From the NCBI RefSeq assembly GCF_006345805.1, contig NC_043003.1, positions 54,622,001-54,686,000 of the forward strand: a stretch of DNA of 64,000 nucleotides, given 5' to 3'. Positions 26,510 to 40,608 of this stretch are shown here, piece by piece (position 1 is the stretch's first letter; every line of letters starts with the position of its first letter). The notes below the pieces were generated by a model. It had not been told where the DNA came from and searched no databases. It saw only the letters and a program-made list of their open reading frames with translations. Made by a program: the position numbers and the translations under genes. Source of the DNA: Octopus sinensis (taxonomy: Eukaryota).

Positions 26510-26860
26510 TTTCTTTATTGCACACAGGGGGCTAAACAGAGGGGCAAAAAAAGGGATTAAGTCGATTACATTGACCCCAGTACGTAACTGGTACTGATGT
26601 AAGGCAAAGCCTGCCTCGGCGGAATTTGAACTGAGAACGTAACGCCAAACAATATACCTATTTCTATTTCTTTACTACCCACAAGGGGCTAAACACAGAA
26701 GGGAAAACAAGCACAGACAAACGGATTAAGTCGATTACATCGACCCCAGTGCGTAACTGGTACTTAATTTATCGACCCCGAAAGGATGAAAGGCAAAGTC
26801 GACCTCGGCGGAATTTGAACTCAGAACGTAACGGCATACGGGTATGGTGTTTTCTTTTAC
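26510..26860 (-). mobile_element. Head-to-tail S2 SINE dimer
   Basis: Two central domains plus tails; junction aatatac|ctatttctatttctttactaccc. Confidence 0.9.
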
Positions 26861-26869
26861 TTGAAACTT

Positions 26870-28200
26870 CGCCTTTGTTTTGGAGAAACGGACCTAGTTC
26901 ATCAGACAGATCCTCAGGAAAAATCTTTTTCAATTTTTTAAAATTCGTATGACGACTTATTTGGACTGGAAAGAAAACCATTCACATTTTCATAGAAAAG
27001 ATTTATAGGGAAGTCCCATATGTTAAACATCACCATTTAGTCTGTTCCGAATAAACTTGTATTATTCAATGCAAAAACGTTGACTTTTCACTTTTCTTTC
27101 ATGAAACGCGACGTCACTTATTTAGCCCTTAAAATGTACTTATTCCTGAAACACCATGTGCAATTTTCGAAGTTTCTTTTAATATAGGTGTCCCGATTGT
27201 TGTCCATGTATCTGTTTTAATTATATCATTGCCCTTATGCAATAGTTATTAATTTTTACACATACACACATTTCCGTTGAAGCTCGTTCGTATTTCTTGT
27301 CACTGGTAACATATGAGATATTTTCTGTTGAAACTTCGTTTAGGTTTTGTTTTACAGCGTGAATTTTTTATGTCTTAACTTACCACACTTGAAGCATTTT
27401 AAATTTTTAAACGGACAGTTACTTTTAAAGCATGGATTCGATCTTGATATTTTCTGTCTTTCTTCATATCCGTTATCGGTAGACACGCATGAATGTGAGA
27501 GCAATCTTTTTCTTCCACTTTATCTGCATCATAGATTTATGATCTTCTAGTATTCTTCTGCTATTACCTGTAGATGTAATTTTTTGTGCTATTTTAATTT
27601 TGTTAATATCCGAAAACGTATATCTGCATCTTAACTTAGCCCTCGAACAAAAGTTAGACATTTGAACATTTTCAGGGTTAATACATTTAATTTGAATTCT
27701 TCAGACTGTCTGTTAACAATTCCGGCATAGAAGAAATGTTCATCATCATTTTTGAGCAAATTTAATCATCGCCGGCAAGTACTGAACAGGGAACTTCTTT
27801 CATCTTCGATGAAACAATTAATTATTTCATCGAAACAAATATTTCCTGGTTCCTTCGGCAGAATATAATTACTATATTTTTCGTGTTCGGCGGGGGATAA
27901 CTTTCTAAAAAGTAGTTGTACCTTTTTCTCGTCCGTCCAATTTTTACATTCCTCTTTGAAAATGTCTTCGTATCTTCGAAAATATGTAGAGAAGGTAATG
28001 CCTCTTGGTTTATAACTGAATTATTCAACTGAAATTGCTACGCTGTCTGGCAAGTAAGAACATGCAGTATTTTCTGACTTTTACAACATTGATTCCCGCA
28101 ACTGTTGGTTTCGTTTCTGTTGTAGTTGTTTTTGTAACTGCAACATGCAGGCCAACGAGTCGAATTTTGCTTTGGTTTCGTACAAAAAGAAAAAAAAAAG
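26870..28200 (-). mobile_element. Ty3/Gypsy LTR retrotransposon gag-protease remnant (K02A2.6-like type)
   Basis: Minus strand reads TFSTYFRRYEDIFKEECKNWTDEKKVQLLFRKLSPAEHEKYSNYILPK..YAGIVNRQSEEFKL..FKCLTFVRGL..CPFKNLKCFKCGK (Zn knuckle), then protease-like DTWTTIGTPIL..NTSLFGTD; frameshifted. Confidence 0.85.
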
Positions 28201-28396
28201 GAAATGTCCAACGAAAGCTTCGAACAGCTCGCCGCCACTTTCCTGTCATATCTGTTGGATAGATAATTTCACGAAGCAGAAGGAAAGAAAGTATCCACAC
28301 GATGCACTACGATTACTGTTACACAAATATAAATGTTCTCTGCCAATGGCCCACAGTGAGCTACCTACTCGAATTGCTCACAGTATTTTATTTTAT

Positions 28397-28700
28397 ATGG
28401 AGGCACATGCCCTAGTGGTTAGAACAGCGAACTCGCGGTCGAGGGATCGCGGGTTCGAATCTCAGACCGGGCGATGTGTGTGTCTTTGAGCGAAACACCT
28501 AAGCTTCTCACGGCTCCGACAGAAGGTAATGGCGAACTTCTGCTGACTCTTTCCACACAACTTTCTCTTACTCTTTCCTCCTGCATCTTGCAGCTCACCT
28601 GCGACGGACCGGCATCTCGTCCAGGCGGGGAACCTATACGCCAAGGGAACCGGGAAACCGGCCCTATGAGCCAGGTATGGCCCGAGAAGGAACAAACAAT
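28397..28700 (+). mobile_element. tRNA-derived SINE (family S3), near full length
   Basis: ggaggcacatgccctagtggttag A-box and gggttcgaatctc B-box; homologous minus-strand copies at 47220-47352 and 61545-61805. Confidence 0.85.
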
Positions 28701-28864
28701 TTTATTTTATAGCAATGTATCAGGCCACTTTTAGACACTTGGGGGAAGTCGAAATCCTTCCACAATACATTTTAAAAAGTAAAATGAGGTATTCTTAACC
28801 AATGGTGATTTTGCTGAGGAAACATCAGCTTTCTCTGCTAGGACCACTAGTTTTTGTGTTTTCA

Positions 28865-29160
28865 TTCCTACAGTCAAATACTGTCACCAGCTATACTGAT
28901 GATCTAAAAGAAGCGGAGGCGGCCAAGGACACCAATATCACCTCAAAAATGTAATATAAAAGTGGACTGATGGCAATAACATGCTCTTCAATGCTGAAAA
29001 TTTCAAACACTCGTCTACAGGACTGCTAAAATATTGCAATTGGAATACGTAGAACCAAGGACTTGTTAATCCCAGATTGACATTGAAATCTACAGGAGTA
29101 GTGAGGCAACATTCCATGTCCATAATACCAAGATGTACAGCGTCCAAACGGTTCTGCCAT
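28865..29160 (+). mobile_element. CR1-type LINE reverse-transcriptase fragment, decayed
   Basis: SYTDDLK (YADD equivalent), KWTDGNNMLFNAENFKH and a KDL motif, across frameshifts. Confidence 0.7.
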
Positions 29161-29509
29161 CCTGCCGACTACTACTACTAGTAGTGGTAGTTGTAGTAGT
29201 AGCACTAATAATAGTAGAATGAGTGATAGCAGTATTACTAGTAGATGTAATAATAATAGTGTTCATGACGATGATGTTGGTCATGATGATGTTGATGACG
29301 GAGATTTTGATTGCAAAGAAAACAATATTTTTTTCTCTTAAACCCAAACTTTGATTTCTTTTGTGATACGTTTCATTAATTTATCCATAATCTTTTGTAA
29401 TTCCTTCATATATACATACAGACACGCACACACAGACATAAACACAATACACACATACTTACATGCATACATACATATATACACAATCATTAATAGATGC
29501 ACGTGTCTA

Positions 29510-29582
<73 letters not shown>

Positions 29583-31087
29583 ACATATATAGACACACAT
29601 ATATATGCATATATGTGTCTCTATAACTGAATTATAAATGATTAAGGAGTAAAAGAAACAAAACACTATAAAATACTTGGGCACAGAAAACTCTGTACAT
29701 ATATGTGTGTGTGTATATGACCATAGTTAGTTTATTTGTGTGATTTCCAATAGAGAGTGAAGTGTGCTTTCTTTTTAACAGATAGCTACACAGATTTCTT
29801 TGAATAAAAATAGATAAATAAATAAATTTACATTTAAAGAAGAAAAGAAGGAAGAAACAAATATTTATAAGCTATCACCGTGAAAGTACATACAAACAAA
29901 GAAATGGTTACAACAAACGTTGCTTTAATGGGCACAGTGTCTTTACTTCTGCTGTAAAATATTTTGTGACCGTCATTTTTTATAGCTCACTGAATAACCT
30001 TTCTCTTGTCTTTATTATTGCCGGGTAGCACTAAGTCAAACAATTGAACTATGAACGAATAACTAGACCTATGATCAAATCCATTCTAACCAAAACCATC
30101 TTCTTTTCACTTTTTTAAGGAGTGACATCTCTAGCTTTACGTTAATCAATGTGTCTTTTGATTTTTACCTCTAAAATGTTTATTTTGAACTGGTTTTAAC
30201 TGCCATTTCTAGCTCGTTGAATAAGATCTGAAAACACACTCTCTCTCTCTCGTAGGCCTCCTGTTCGGTGTGATGTTTTGTTTAATTTCAAGAAAGCCAG
30301 AACCGAGAAAATGTATACAGAAAGGAGTTGCAATTGTGATCATTACGTCTTTCGATATATTACCACTTGCATCGTCCGATGTGTTTTTTTCTAAAAGAGC
30401 AGGACTATTTAGAGAGATTTTGCTGCTGTCTCTGGTACCTGCAGCAACTACGTAGAAGCTCTATCGTTAGCTCATATTATAGCAGCTGTTGTTGTTGTTG
30501 TTTACTTCCACGTCAACCCTGGTTCAACTGCAATTTCTAGTAGGAATTGGGCCATATAGAGGCCTCCCCATTAGCTGGTTGTTAATATTGATGATGCGGA
30601 TGAAATTGTTATCGTTTTTTATAACTCTCTGGTCACATGTTCCGGATACAATAAAATCAATGTATACATGGTCTTATACAGATTTACCTACAACTTATGT
30701 CCTTCAAAGTGTTCTTATTAAGGGGTTATTGCGTGATTTTAAGAATATTGGGCTGCTGTTTCTAGCAGCTTGAGCGGTTGTAACCCGCACTCCTTCCGGC
30801 TAGCAGGAGCCAACTCTGAGAATGTAAAATCAAGAGGAATGAATGAGATGTACCAGCACTTAGCCGTATTAATTTTCAGTGGAGTAGATTTGACTAACTC
30901 TAAGAATGTTTATTATATAGTGACTTGATACAATTAGTGATTACATGGTACATAACACTATATTTTCCTCGCGCGGAACTAACGGCTTTAGTTGGTGAGC
31001 GCATTACTTAAACACACGCACGCGTATAGATACAAAGAAGCACACATACACACACACATATAAAACTCACATGCACATATATATCTA

Positions 31088-31128
<41 letters not shown>

Positions 31129-31141
31129 ATATATATATATA

Positions 31142-31172
<31 letters not shown>

Positions 31173-32192
31173 GTATGTATATGTATATATATATATACAT
31201 ATACATACATACATATATATCTATATCTCTCTCTCTCTCTATATATATATATACATATGTATGTATTTATATGCATGTCACCGTCGATGGTGGCCGGTTT
31301 TCGACTTCTACTGATATATTTCGGCCTTTTTTAACACTATACATCTTTAAGAGATGACGTTTTGAGACGACTACCGAAATTTAGAAAGGTTTCAACAATG
31401 TAATTATTTTTATTATGATATACACCCCGGTTGCTGTTTAGTACTAACACTGCTTATATCGATAATTACGTATATATATATATATATATAGGTGATAAAT
31501 AAAAATATATGCATACATACAAACATATATGTACGTACCTACATCTACATGTATATATACATGCATATATAAATAATTATACGTGAGTACAGGACATCAC
31601 AATAAGACATATATATATATATATATATGCACATACATATATTCATACATGTATTTGTATGTGTATATGTATGTACGTGCTCATAAGTGCGTATGTATTT
31701 AGGTATGTGTAGATGTACTCTAAGGTGTGTCTAAGTGGCAATGATAAAGTTTATTTCTTGCAATTTCTGTCAGAGTTCGCGAATCATAAGACGATTGTGA
31801 ATCACGGAATCTACTTAACTGTATTTCATCTCTTAATAGATTTAAATGCATCCTAAAGCTGAATGCATATATAGAGGATATCTTAAATGATTCAATGTCA
31901 AGAGTAAATAAATCGAAGAAATTACAAATATCCATCCGTGTATTTACATATATAGAAAGACTTCGCACAGTTTAAAGACAGGTAAATTTATGTTACACAA
32001 TTTACATAACGATATGCAGGTTTCAGATACCTTGGAGTTGTAGAACAATTTAATTAACGTAACAAAACGTGCTCAAAGGCTTCTCACATGTCTTTGAATT
32101 TCAGAGAAAACCTATAGTAAAAATATATTGAAATTTATTGGGCACACATATCTAAAGACAAAAATATTTAGTGGCAATAAACTAAACAGGTA

Positions 32193-32392
32193 CGAGGAGT
32201 TCTGAAAAGTCCTTGGTTTCAACGATTCCGCGAAAAGCCTCGTTGGAGGCCCAACAGTCCCATGTTTTTTTAGAGGGCTTAGAAAAATTGAGGGACTGTT
32301 GCATTATATGTGTGATTCTGAGTGGGGAATATGTTGAATATAATCATAATTAACTTATCCTCTTGTATTTTCTTTTACCGAAAACCAAGAAC
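32193..32392 (+). mobile_element. Mariner-derived non-autonomous element
   Basis: TA|cgaggagttctgaaaagtccttgg terminus; transposase C-terminal remnant LSGEYVE; partial opposite TIR aaaaccaagaac. Confidence 0.65.
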
Positions 32393-32735
32393 GTCGAAAA
32401 ATAATGATTTACACTGATAAAAAGAATATATGGGATAATACAGCTTGTTGTACATTGCTCTCCGAAATGATATGGGATGGTTTGATCTGGAACATCTTTT
32501 ATCATATGTAAAAACATGGAGGCGGCAATATGGTAGAAATGTTATAGCGCCGGTTAAAATGCATAGCGGTATTTTTCTAGTTCTTAATATTTTGAGTTCA
32601 AACTCGCTTGCTCTACTCCTGGTGTCGAAAACTATGTACTCAAAATTGCTGACTGCACGTCAAATTTAAGAAAAAATATATAAATACATATTATAATTTT
32701 GGGAGCTGCTTTGCTCCTCAAACTCTTTCGAAATA

Positions 32736-32958
32736 CATTAATCCTTCGACTACCGCGAGTGTTACGTTCCAAAATCCCTCGCGATAGGTGAAAATCCGCG
32801 AAGTAGAAACAGTGCTGTACTGTACATTTTTAAAAATTAGTTTTACAATTTGTATCTATTTATTTTATTATAAATGCAAAACAACACCACGGAGTAATCG
32901 ACATTGGCTTAAATAATAAACCTCGATAGGTGAATCGCAATATGGCGTTGGATTAATG
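32736..32958. mobile_element. Tigger/pogo-type MITE
   Basis: TA|cattaatcc ... ggattaatg|TA, with subterminal cgcgataggtgaa motifs. Confidence 0.8.
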
Positions 32959-33179
32959 TAGCATCCTTTCAAGATATAAGATTACATTTTTACTATTTGT
33001 GACATATTTTTTCTGCAAACTAATTTTATAAAATATACCATCACATCTGGTAGCAAAATTTTTCAACAAGATACTTACACAGTTCCCACCTTTAGTACCA
33101 CACACCAACGAAATGATAATATTGTTATACATTACATCTATCTGTGTGTCAATATAAGTTCTAATTTTAATTATTTTAA

Positions 33180-33900
33180 TCATAAAGTCCATCGATTACT
33201 CTCCGTAAAGAAATGTATAATATGATAATATTTATTAAAACAGGACGCCATTGAACTTCCTTTACAACCAAATTTTTAATGGAAGTCTACACAATATATT
33301 CAAAAACATTTAAGTGAGATACTTTTTAAATGAACGACCAATTTTCTATATCTCTATGTCATAAAATGAGCAACGTCAGTTTCATAAGCTCAAATATTTA
33401 CGATTGCAATGTTTTTTCTGTTGAATTTATTTTCAATTTCTTCGAAAATTCTTTCAGTTGTCTGTAAAAAAGTTTCCACTCTTGGAGTTCATTGTGATTA
33501 GAAAACCTAACATATGTCATCAAAAGGACATCTTTGTTCCATAAATCGGATGTATCGAAAAGCGGAGCAATTTCATTTTTAAATCTGGAAGAAACAGGCT
33601 GTCTTTCAACATCCTCAGCCGTTCCACCAATGTACCGCAATATCGATGAGTTGTTCAAAACTAATTTCTAATATGATCTCCTTAATGACAATTGAAATCA
33701 CAATATAGACCTCAGGCAAAATTAAGTTTCACCACTAATACATGGCTTGTCGCGTTTTGAAAATTTACAAATCACATAAGACGCAATTAACTGCTGTCTA
33801 CTTGAGTTAGTTTTTCACTAAACATTTGATTCAAATGTTTTCATGCTCAGGAATCATCACTCACTTTCTAAAGTATTCTAGTATTTTCTCTTTCTTGTTT
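33180..33900 (-). mobile_element. hAT (Buster/Charlie-type) transposase fragment
   Basis: ASYVICKFSKRDKPCISGET..ILPEV.. then NNSILRYIGGTAEDVERQ..LFDTSDLWNKDVLLMTYVRF..LQEWKLFYRQL, matching the KPHTIGE / SNNTVxRRI / LDESTD / YVRY / LFC pattern. Confidence 0.8.
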
Positions 33901-34639
33901 GTTATTTTGCTTTCTCTTCAAGTAGAATGATTTTTATATAATAATGCTAAATATTCCAATAATTGTCCAATTATTATATTCATGAGACTCAGTTTTAATT
34001 TATTTCAAATTTTATCTAGAATCTGATAATTGGTTCTTGTCTAAATATACGTTATTCCTCTTCTTGAATGATGAAATGGGAATATAACATAAAAATAAAG
34101 TGGAAAGAAACAGAAACTTATACAATTATGAACGGAGGTTGGAAACAAACTTTAAAGCGACATCCCATTACACTTCGACTGCCAATTATCTACATACAAT
34201 TTCTTAAATTTTACGTAGACCTAAATAGGCTACGTTGTCGAATTGAAAACCTTTAGTAAAACGATTATATAGCGATTATCGTTCTAGCCACACAACTCTC
34301 AATTAGCTTTATAGGGCTTCCTGTGATGAAGCTAAGCCCTTTAGTAAACGGTGACCCAGTTAATGAGAGTCACTAAATCCTTATTCCATGAGAAGATAAT
34401 GGTCAGACAAAAGGAGGGTAAGCACACTCAAATAAGCACAAAAGTATCCTACACACACATGTTTCATTATCTGCCTCTCTAACAGACATTTCTCAGAGTG
34501 ACAAACCTGCTCTAACAGATTTTGTTCGGTACTCTATGTATAACGTGTGGATGAACAAAGACGATGAAAACGGTAATAAAAGAAAGATAGTCTCGATGAA
34601 AAGATAATTGCTTATGGCTAATTTCAGGTACAATAATTG

Positions 34640-36485
34640 TACATATAAAAATTAAATTTTTAGATTTACGCTGACCGAATTAAAAACAAGCATAAATTGT
34701 CACCTTCATGTTCGAAACTAGTTATAGGTGTTTGTTTAGAAATAGAACTATACAAAGATGCAGAGAAAACTTTTCACCAAAATTGCAAAAAATATCATTG
34801 AAAAGTGGAAACGTTTTCTGGACGACTGCTTTATTTTGGGGGAGAGATGAAATGATAATCTACAAATATCCAATAACATTCTGAACATCCTTCACTTATC
34901 TATCAGATTCACGACAGAGACCAGTCATAATTACTTACTGTTACTAGACATTCACATAAACATACGCGACTCCAAAGTGACAACGCATCTATATCACAAA
35001 AAGAATAAACAGGCGCGTACCAATACTTAAACTGTTGCCCTCGCCATCCTTGAGACGTCAAAACGAAGTGTGTAGGAGTAGTCGATCAGGAAACACGTAA
35101 ACTGTGATTCAATGAGCTCAATGGCTTCGTAAAAAGATAGAATTACTATTTAAAATTAATAAATGATAGATTTATAAATGTGATGAAAAGGGACATCATA
35201 GAACTGAGGAAACCCATGATAAAATGGAAGAAAATACTATTCCATTTATCAATGCACATAATCTAGGTGTAACCAACACCTTTTACTCTATATAAAGAAT
35301 ACCGGATACACCCGTTTATTCATACAAACGTAACTGAGAGGAAATATGTCATAAATAACAGTGAAAAACGAAATATACACCTCTGGACGTTGTTGTTGAC
35401 AAACAAGAGCAGTAATTTTATTCTGCTGAATGCACGTCATTGATTGGTTTAAATGACCGAAATACGAAAATTACCGAAAAACTTTAACATGAAATAACTT
35501 CGTAAATATAAAGTTTTCTCAAAAACGCTAAGAGTAAAAGGTGTTTTGTGTGACACATTCTACCAGTATACGAAGTTTGAAAGTGTTTAGTTACAAATAA
35601 TTATTTTCTAAATCTGCCAGTCAAAAGGTAAAGATCCAGAATACCTTACAAATTCACAAAATTAAAAATCCGGTTGAGGAAAACCCTTTTCGAAACAGTA
35701 AAATTCAGCCTAAAAGTCTTTAAAATATTTCACGGGGATAAAATTCACATCACAGGATAATTCAAAATTAGCTGTGATGGACCGTAGAGATAAAAAGAAA
35801 AAACATAACAGCAGCTTCAAATATTTGAAGAGTCGTTTTCATAAAGGAAAGTCCATGGCGTAGTGGTTAGGATGTTCTGCTCACGATCATTAGGTTGTGA
35901 GTTTGATTTCCTGCTGCGGCGTGCTATGTCCTTGAGTAAGACACTTTATTTCACGTTGTTGCAGTTCACGTAGCTGGCAAAAATGAGTAGCACCTGTATT
36001 TCAAGAGGCTAGCCTTGTCACATTCTGTGCCACGCTGAATCTCCCTGAGAACTACGTTAAAAGCACGCGTGTCTGTGGAATGTTAGTCACTTACACGTTA
36101 ATTTCACGAGCAGACTCTTCCGTTGATTGGATCAATTGGAACCCACGACGTCGTAACACACAAAGTGCCAGTGCTGTTTCCACGAAAAAATTAAAAGTGA
36201 ACTCTCCTTCAAAGTAAATGGAGATATAAGCTGCAAGACACTGAATCACATGTACTGCATAACCTGCTCGAACTGCAACGAAAATTATATTGGCGAAACC
36301 AACAATCCCTGTGCAAACGTGCAAGAATCCACAAACAGCACATCAGACAAAAAAATAAATAAACAAGATTCTGCTGAGGAAGCTTCTGCAAATATTTGAA
36401 GAGGACAAATTCAAGATTTTCCTTTCTACAAATGTCCAAGGGATGACCCAAAATGCATTAAAATTCGTACCTAAACTAAACGTAA
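34640..36485 (+). mobile_element. Old Penelope-like element (RT, thumb, GIY-YIG), interrupted by two insertions
   Basis: WKRFLDDCFI at 34806, IRFTTETS..LLLDIHI; KIQPKSL near 35700; ISCKTLNHMYCITCSNCNENYIGETN and RARIHKQHIR at about 36220-36345. Confidence 0.85.
35846..36157 (+). mobile_element. tRNA-derived SINE (family S4) inserted in the old Penelope element
   Basis: catggcgtagtggttagg A-box; tail gttaatttcacgagcag..ggaacc..cgtcgtaac also present inverted at 47035-47220. Confidence 0.8.
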
Positions 36486-38424
36486 AAAACATGTAACACG
36501 ACATAATCTATAGCAAGGATAATATATGTGGACATTCATTGATATCGTCCAAGTTATGGACATTACATTACATAGTTATCTCATCTAAGTTCTGTACTTC
36601 GATAACCTTTGCAGAAAATGTGATTGTGGTTATACAAAGTGTATGAATTAGAGAATCAAAAGCGAGCACTAGCATGCCCACTTTTGATACTCTACAAGCG
36701 TAACATATTTTGTGTGAGATTAATTAACTTTTGGGTGATAGTGTATGTACATTCTAAATCCGATTTAGGTCTTTTCGATTTCTTTCATATTTTATAATCT
36801 CGACTGCATCGATACTTGCTAAATTTATTAGGAATCTTTCTTTCAATCCTACATTATCACTTAAAGCATTTGGCTGGTAAGTGATATATATATATATAAA
36901 TACGGATACGTGTATGTGTGTATGTTTATACACACCCACACACACCTATATATATGTATATATGTATATATGTATGTATACATGTATGCATATACACATA
37001 GGTAATATGTGTATATATGTGTGTGTATATACGCATACATATGCACATATCGATAGTTAGATGAATAAATAAACTGATAGATAATAATTGACAGTACAAT
37101 GACTAAAACAAAATTGACATATGGAAGAGCCATCAACTTTAATCAAACGCTGCGTAACATGATAATTCATCATGAAGTATGCAACACAATTCCAATCATA
37201 CCAGATAAGGAGCCCCTTCTGTCCTCCTTTCTTCTTTCTTCTTTTCGTCTTCTCTTTTTATTCCATCTAAACTAGTCTCCAAAAATTCATCGAATCGTAC
37301 CTACACACTTACATACAAACGGACATACAGACACATAATTAGATTTAACAAAAGAACATACTCTTCCCCATTCAACTCCAGATTTTTTCAACTAACTCAC
37401 ACACAGACACAAACACACACACGCACACACACATATACACACACACTCACATATATATATATATATATTATATATATGACTGTCATAATTTTAGTATAGT
37501 AATATCATTTCTAAAGATTCTGTAAAAGTAGATGAAAGCGCTAAATAAATAATTATCCAAAATTATGCCTACTACTTTTTTCTTAGTATATAAAATATCA
37601 ACCACTTCGAAACAATCTCTCTCCCCACCTTCTCTCTCCATACGCGCGCACCCCCCCACACACACATACACACATATATAATGATATATATATATACATG
37701 TATATATAAAACACACATACATATATATATATATGTATACTTACATATATACATACATACATATATACGTACATATATACATATATGTATACAAGGACAC
37801 ATACGTGTTTGCACACCCAAATTTCTCAACTGGCAGGAGGCCTGTCCCATTCGGACGATGTTATTAATGGACGCTCCTATGCCTGATAAATAATATTACT
37901 ATGCAGAATATCTAATTAACTGAACCCCCCCCCCCCCCCACCAAAAAAAAAGACAAACCTCAAAACATAAATAAGCACCTGGCGCCAATAGTTATCGACT
38001 ATAATTAAAGACTACTATTAAAAAATTAAGAATTAATTCCTCGAATTCAATTTAATTGCTGAAAATATTTCAATATATTATGGATTTTTTTCTTCAGTTT
38101 TAAGACGCATCAGTATTGTGTAGGTTACTCAAACTTGCCAGACCACTTGACAATGTTTTTACATACATAGAAAGCGCTTACGAATGACTTGTTATTGGTG
38201 TAATTTGTATCAATGTATATTCAATAGAAAATGAACCCATGAAAATAGACTCAGTTCAAAGACAATGACAAGAATATTAATATGTACGGGAAATATTGAA
38301 ATAACGAATGACGTACGAAAATTTCAAAGGTCAAACGTTACTCTTAAAGTTTTGTGAATTTATAAAATATAAAGTTTCTAGACTTTACGTGCACACACAC
38401 ACTCACAAACATACACACACATTC

Positions 38425-38479
<55 letters not shown>

Positions 38480-38628
38480 ATTATACTTACACAGTTACAC
38501 ACACGCACAGACATACACACACACTTAAACAAGCTTACACACATATATGCATATACATACCCACATATATATATACATGTCTGTGTATGTATATGTGCGT
38601 GTGTGTATGCGGGTGTGTGAGAGAGGAA

Positions 38629-38668
<40 letters not shown>

Positions 38669-39904
38669 TGTGTGTGTGTGTGTGTGTCTGTGTGTATGTG
38701 TAGATGTGAGACTGTGACTTTAAACATCTGAGATATTTTCATTGTGCATTCTACCGATACTAGAAACATTTGACTGAAATAACTTTCAGCTATTACCTAT
38801 GTTCATCTCTCTCTCATTCTCACTTCCTTTCTCGCACTTTCGCCTACGTTTTCTTTTCTCGCCCCATCTCCGTCTCTTTCTTTCTCTCTCTCTCACACCT
38901 CTCTCTCTCTATTTCTCCACACACACACACACACACAGTCTCTCTCTCACTTTCACTCTCATAATTCTTTTTCGCGTTTTCTTTGAAGCAATTGGAGAAG
39001 TGTATTTCTGGTTAACGTATGTTTATATCTATGTAAATTCACACATACACACACACACCAAACGCGCATATATATATGCACACGCAAGCACTTACACACA
39101 AACACACACGAAACACACATACAAATATGCACACACAATTACGCCCCGCGCCACATATAATTATAATGTGTCTGTGTGTGTTGGGTTTCGAGATCTAGCC
39201 TCTTTTATGTTCGTCTGTATCTACCGAAATATATAAATATGTGCCAAAAGTTGCATTTCATCTCATATGGGCAGACTTGTATGAAATGCGTATATTAATA
39301 GTAATTTCTCAAAATACACGAAGGTGATTTTTTGGTGGATCATTCTACGAACGTTCTCGATAATTTCTTGCAAACATAGCTATTTTGAAGCGTAAACAAT
39401 TTAAGCAATGACAAACAGAACAATATATTATAGGATACATATATTAAAACATCTACATTAATACATACACAGACGTAGGCTTAATGTCCTTTTTCACTTC
39501 GACAGTTTATCAGTGAGAGAAAAACCTATATTTAGTAATGTCGTTTATTTTTTCCCCCTTTATCTTTCCTGTTACATGCTCTGGTTAATACAAAATGTGT
39601 TTGTTCCGAAATGGAACCTAAGCGCAACAAACTGATATGAAACGAATTTACCGTCACAAAAAACATTGCATCACTAAGTGCACAAAATTTATGTAGACTT
39701 GTTCGTTTTCGTGCAATGGTGTGAGCAATCGTAGCTTGAGATATATAATTACTTTTAGACTGTTTATCTTCTTTCAACTTGTTTCAGTCATAAGACTACG
39801 ACCATGATAAACAGCCTTGAATTTCCAGTCGAATGAATCGACTAGGGTTAAACTTACCGTGACTAGGCTGCGAAATCATCAATGCGAAATCATCGATGAT
39901 CTAG

Positions 39905-40438
39905 CTATATCTGCTGTGGTAGGGAGCTTACCTCCCTCGTCAGTTATTAAGATAGTGATTTTTATGGCTATTGTGGTGTATTGACTCTTATTTCTAGCAA
40001 TACTGCTACCGATTAGTTCCCGTTGTCACTTTAGTGACGTATGTATTTCTGCATTTAGGTTGTAAAATTGCCTATTAGCCACCCCTATTATTTATTTTAT
40101 TACCATTTACCGTTTATAAAATCAGCGTTTGATTTCAACGGAAATCTGATCAACTGATAAGGTGTGCTGAGTTCAACCCTAGGCGCGGTGAAAGCGACAG
40201 AAGTGCATTAAGATACGTAAGCATAAAAATGCGTAATCTTCGATGATGTGATTATATCTACTGCTGAAGGGAACTTGCCTTCGTTGTCAGTCAATGAGGT
40301 AAAGGTTTCCCTGGGTATTGGCTTGGTTTGACTCTTATTTCTAGCAATATTGATTACTGGTGCTGAGTAGTGCCTTTTTCACTTTAGTGACGTATACATT
40401 TCTGCCTTAAGTTTGTAAAATTGTGATTTAGCTACCCA
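39905..40438. repeat. Two diverged tandem copies of a module of about 185 bp; a third partial copy at about 19636-19755
   Basis: Shared tgactcttatttctagcaata, cactttagtgacgtat, atttctgc and ttgtaaaattg. Confidence 0.75.
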
Positions 40439-40443
40439 TATAT

Positions 40444-40474
<31 letters not shown>

Positions 40475-40571
40475 GAATGTTTTTCGTGGTTGGGGATTTA
40501 AATGGCCCTTTTAGCATGGTGGTTTTCATTCCGTGTATAATTTTTTATAAACACACACACACATACACACT

Positions 40572-40608
<37 letters not shown>

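Noticed and set aside
28397-28475. tRNA gene
   Set aside because: It has A and B boxes but runs on into SINE body sequence and lacks an intact acceptor stem
37790-37890. GC-richer island with possible acceptors on both strands
   Set aside because: Strand and frame cannot be resolved and no peptide is recognisable
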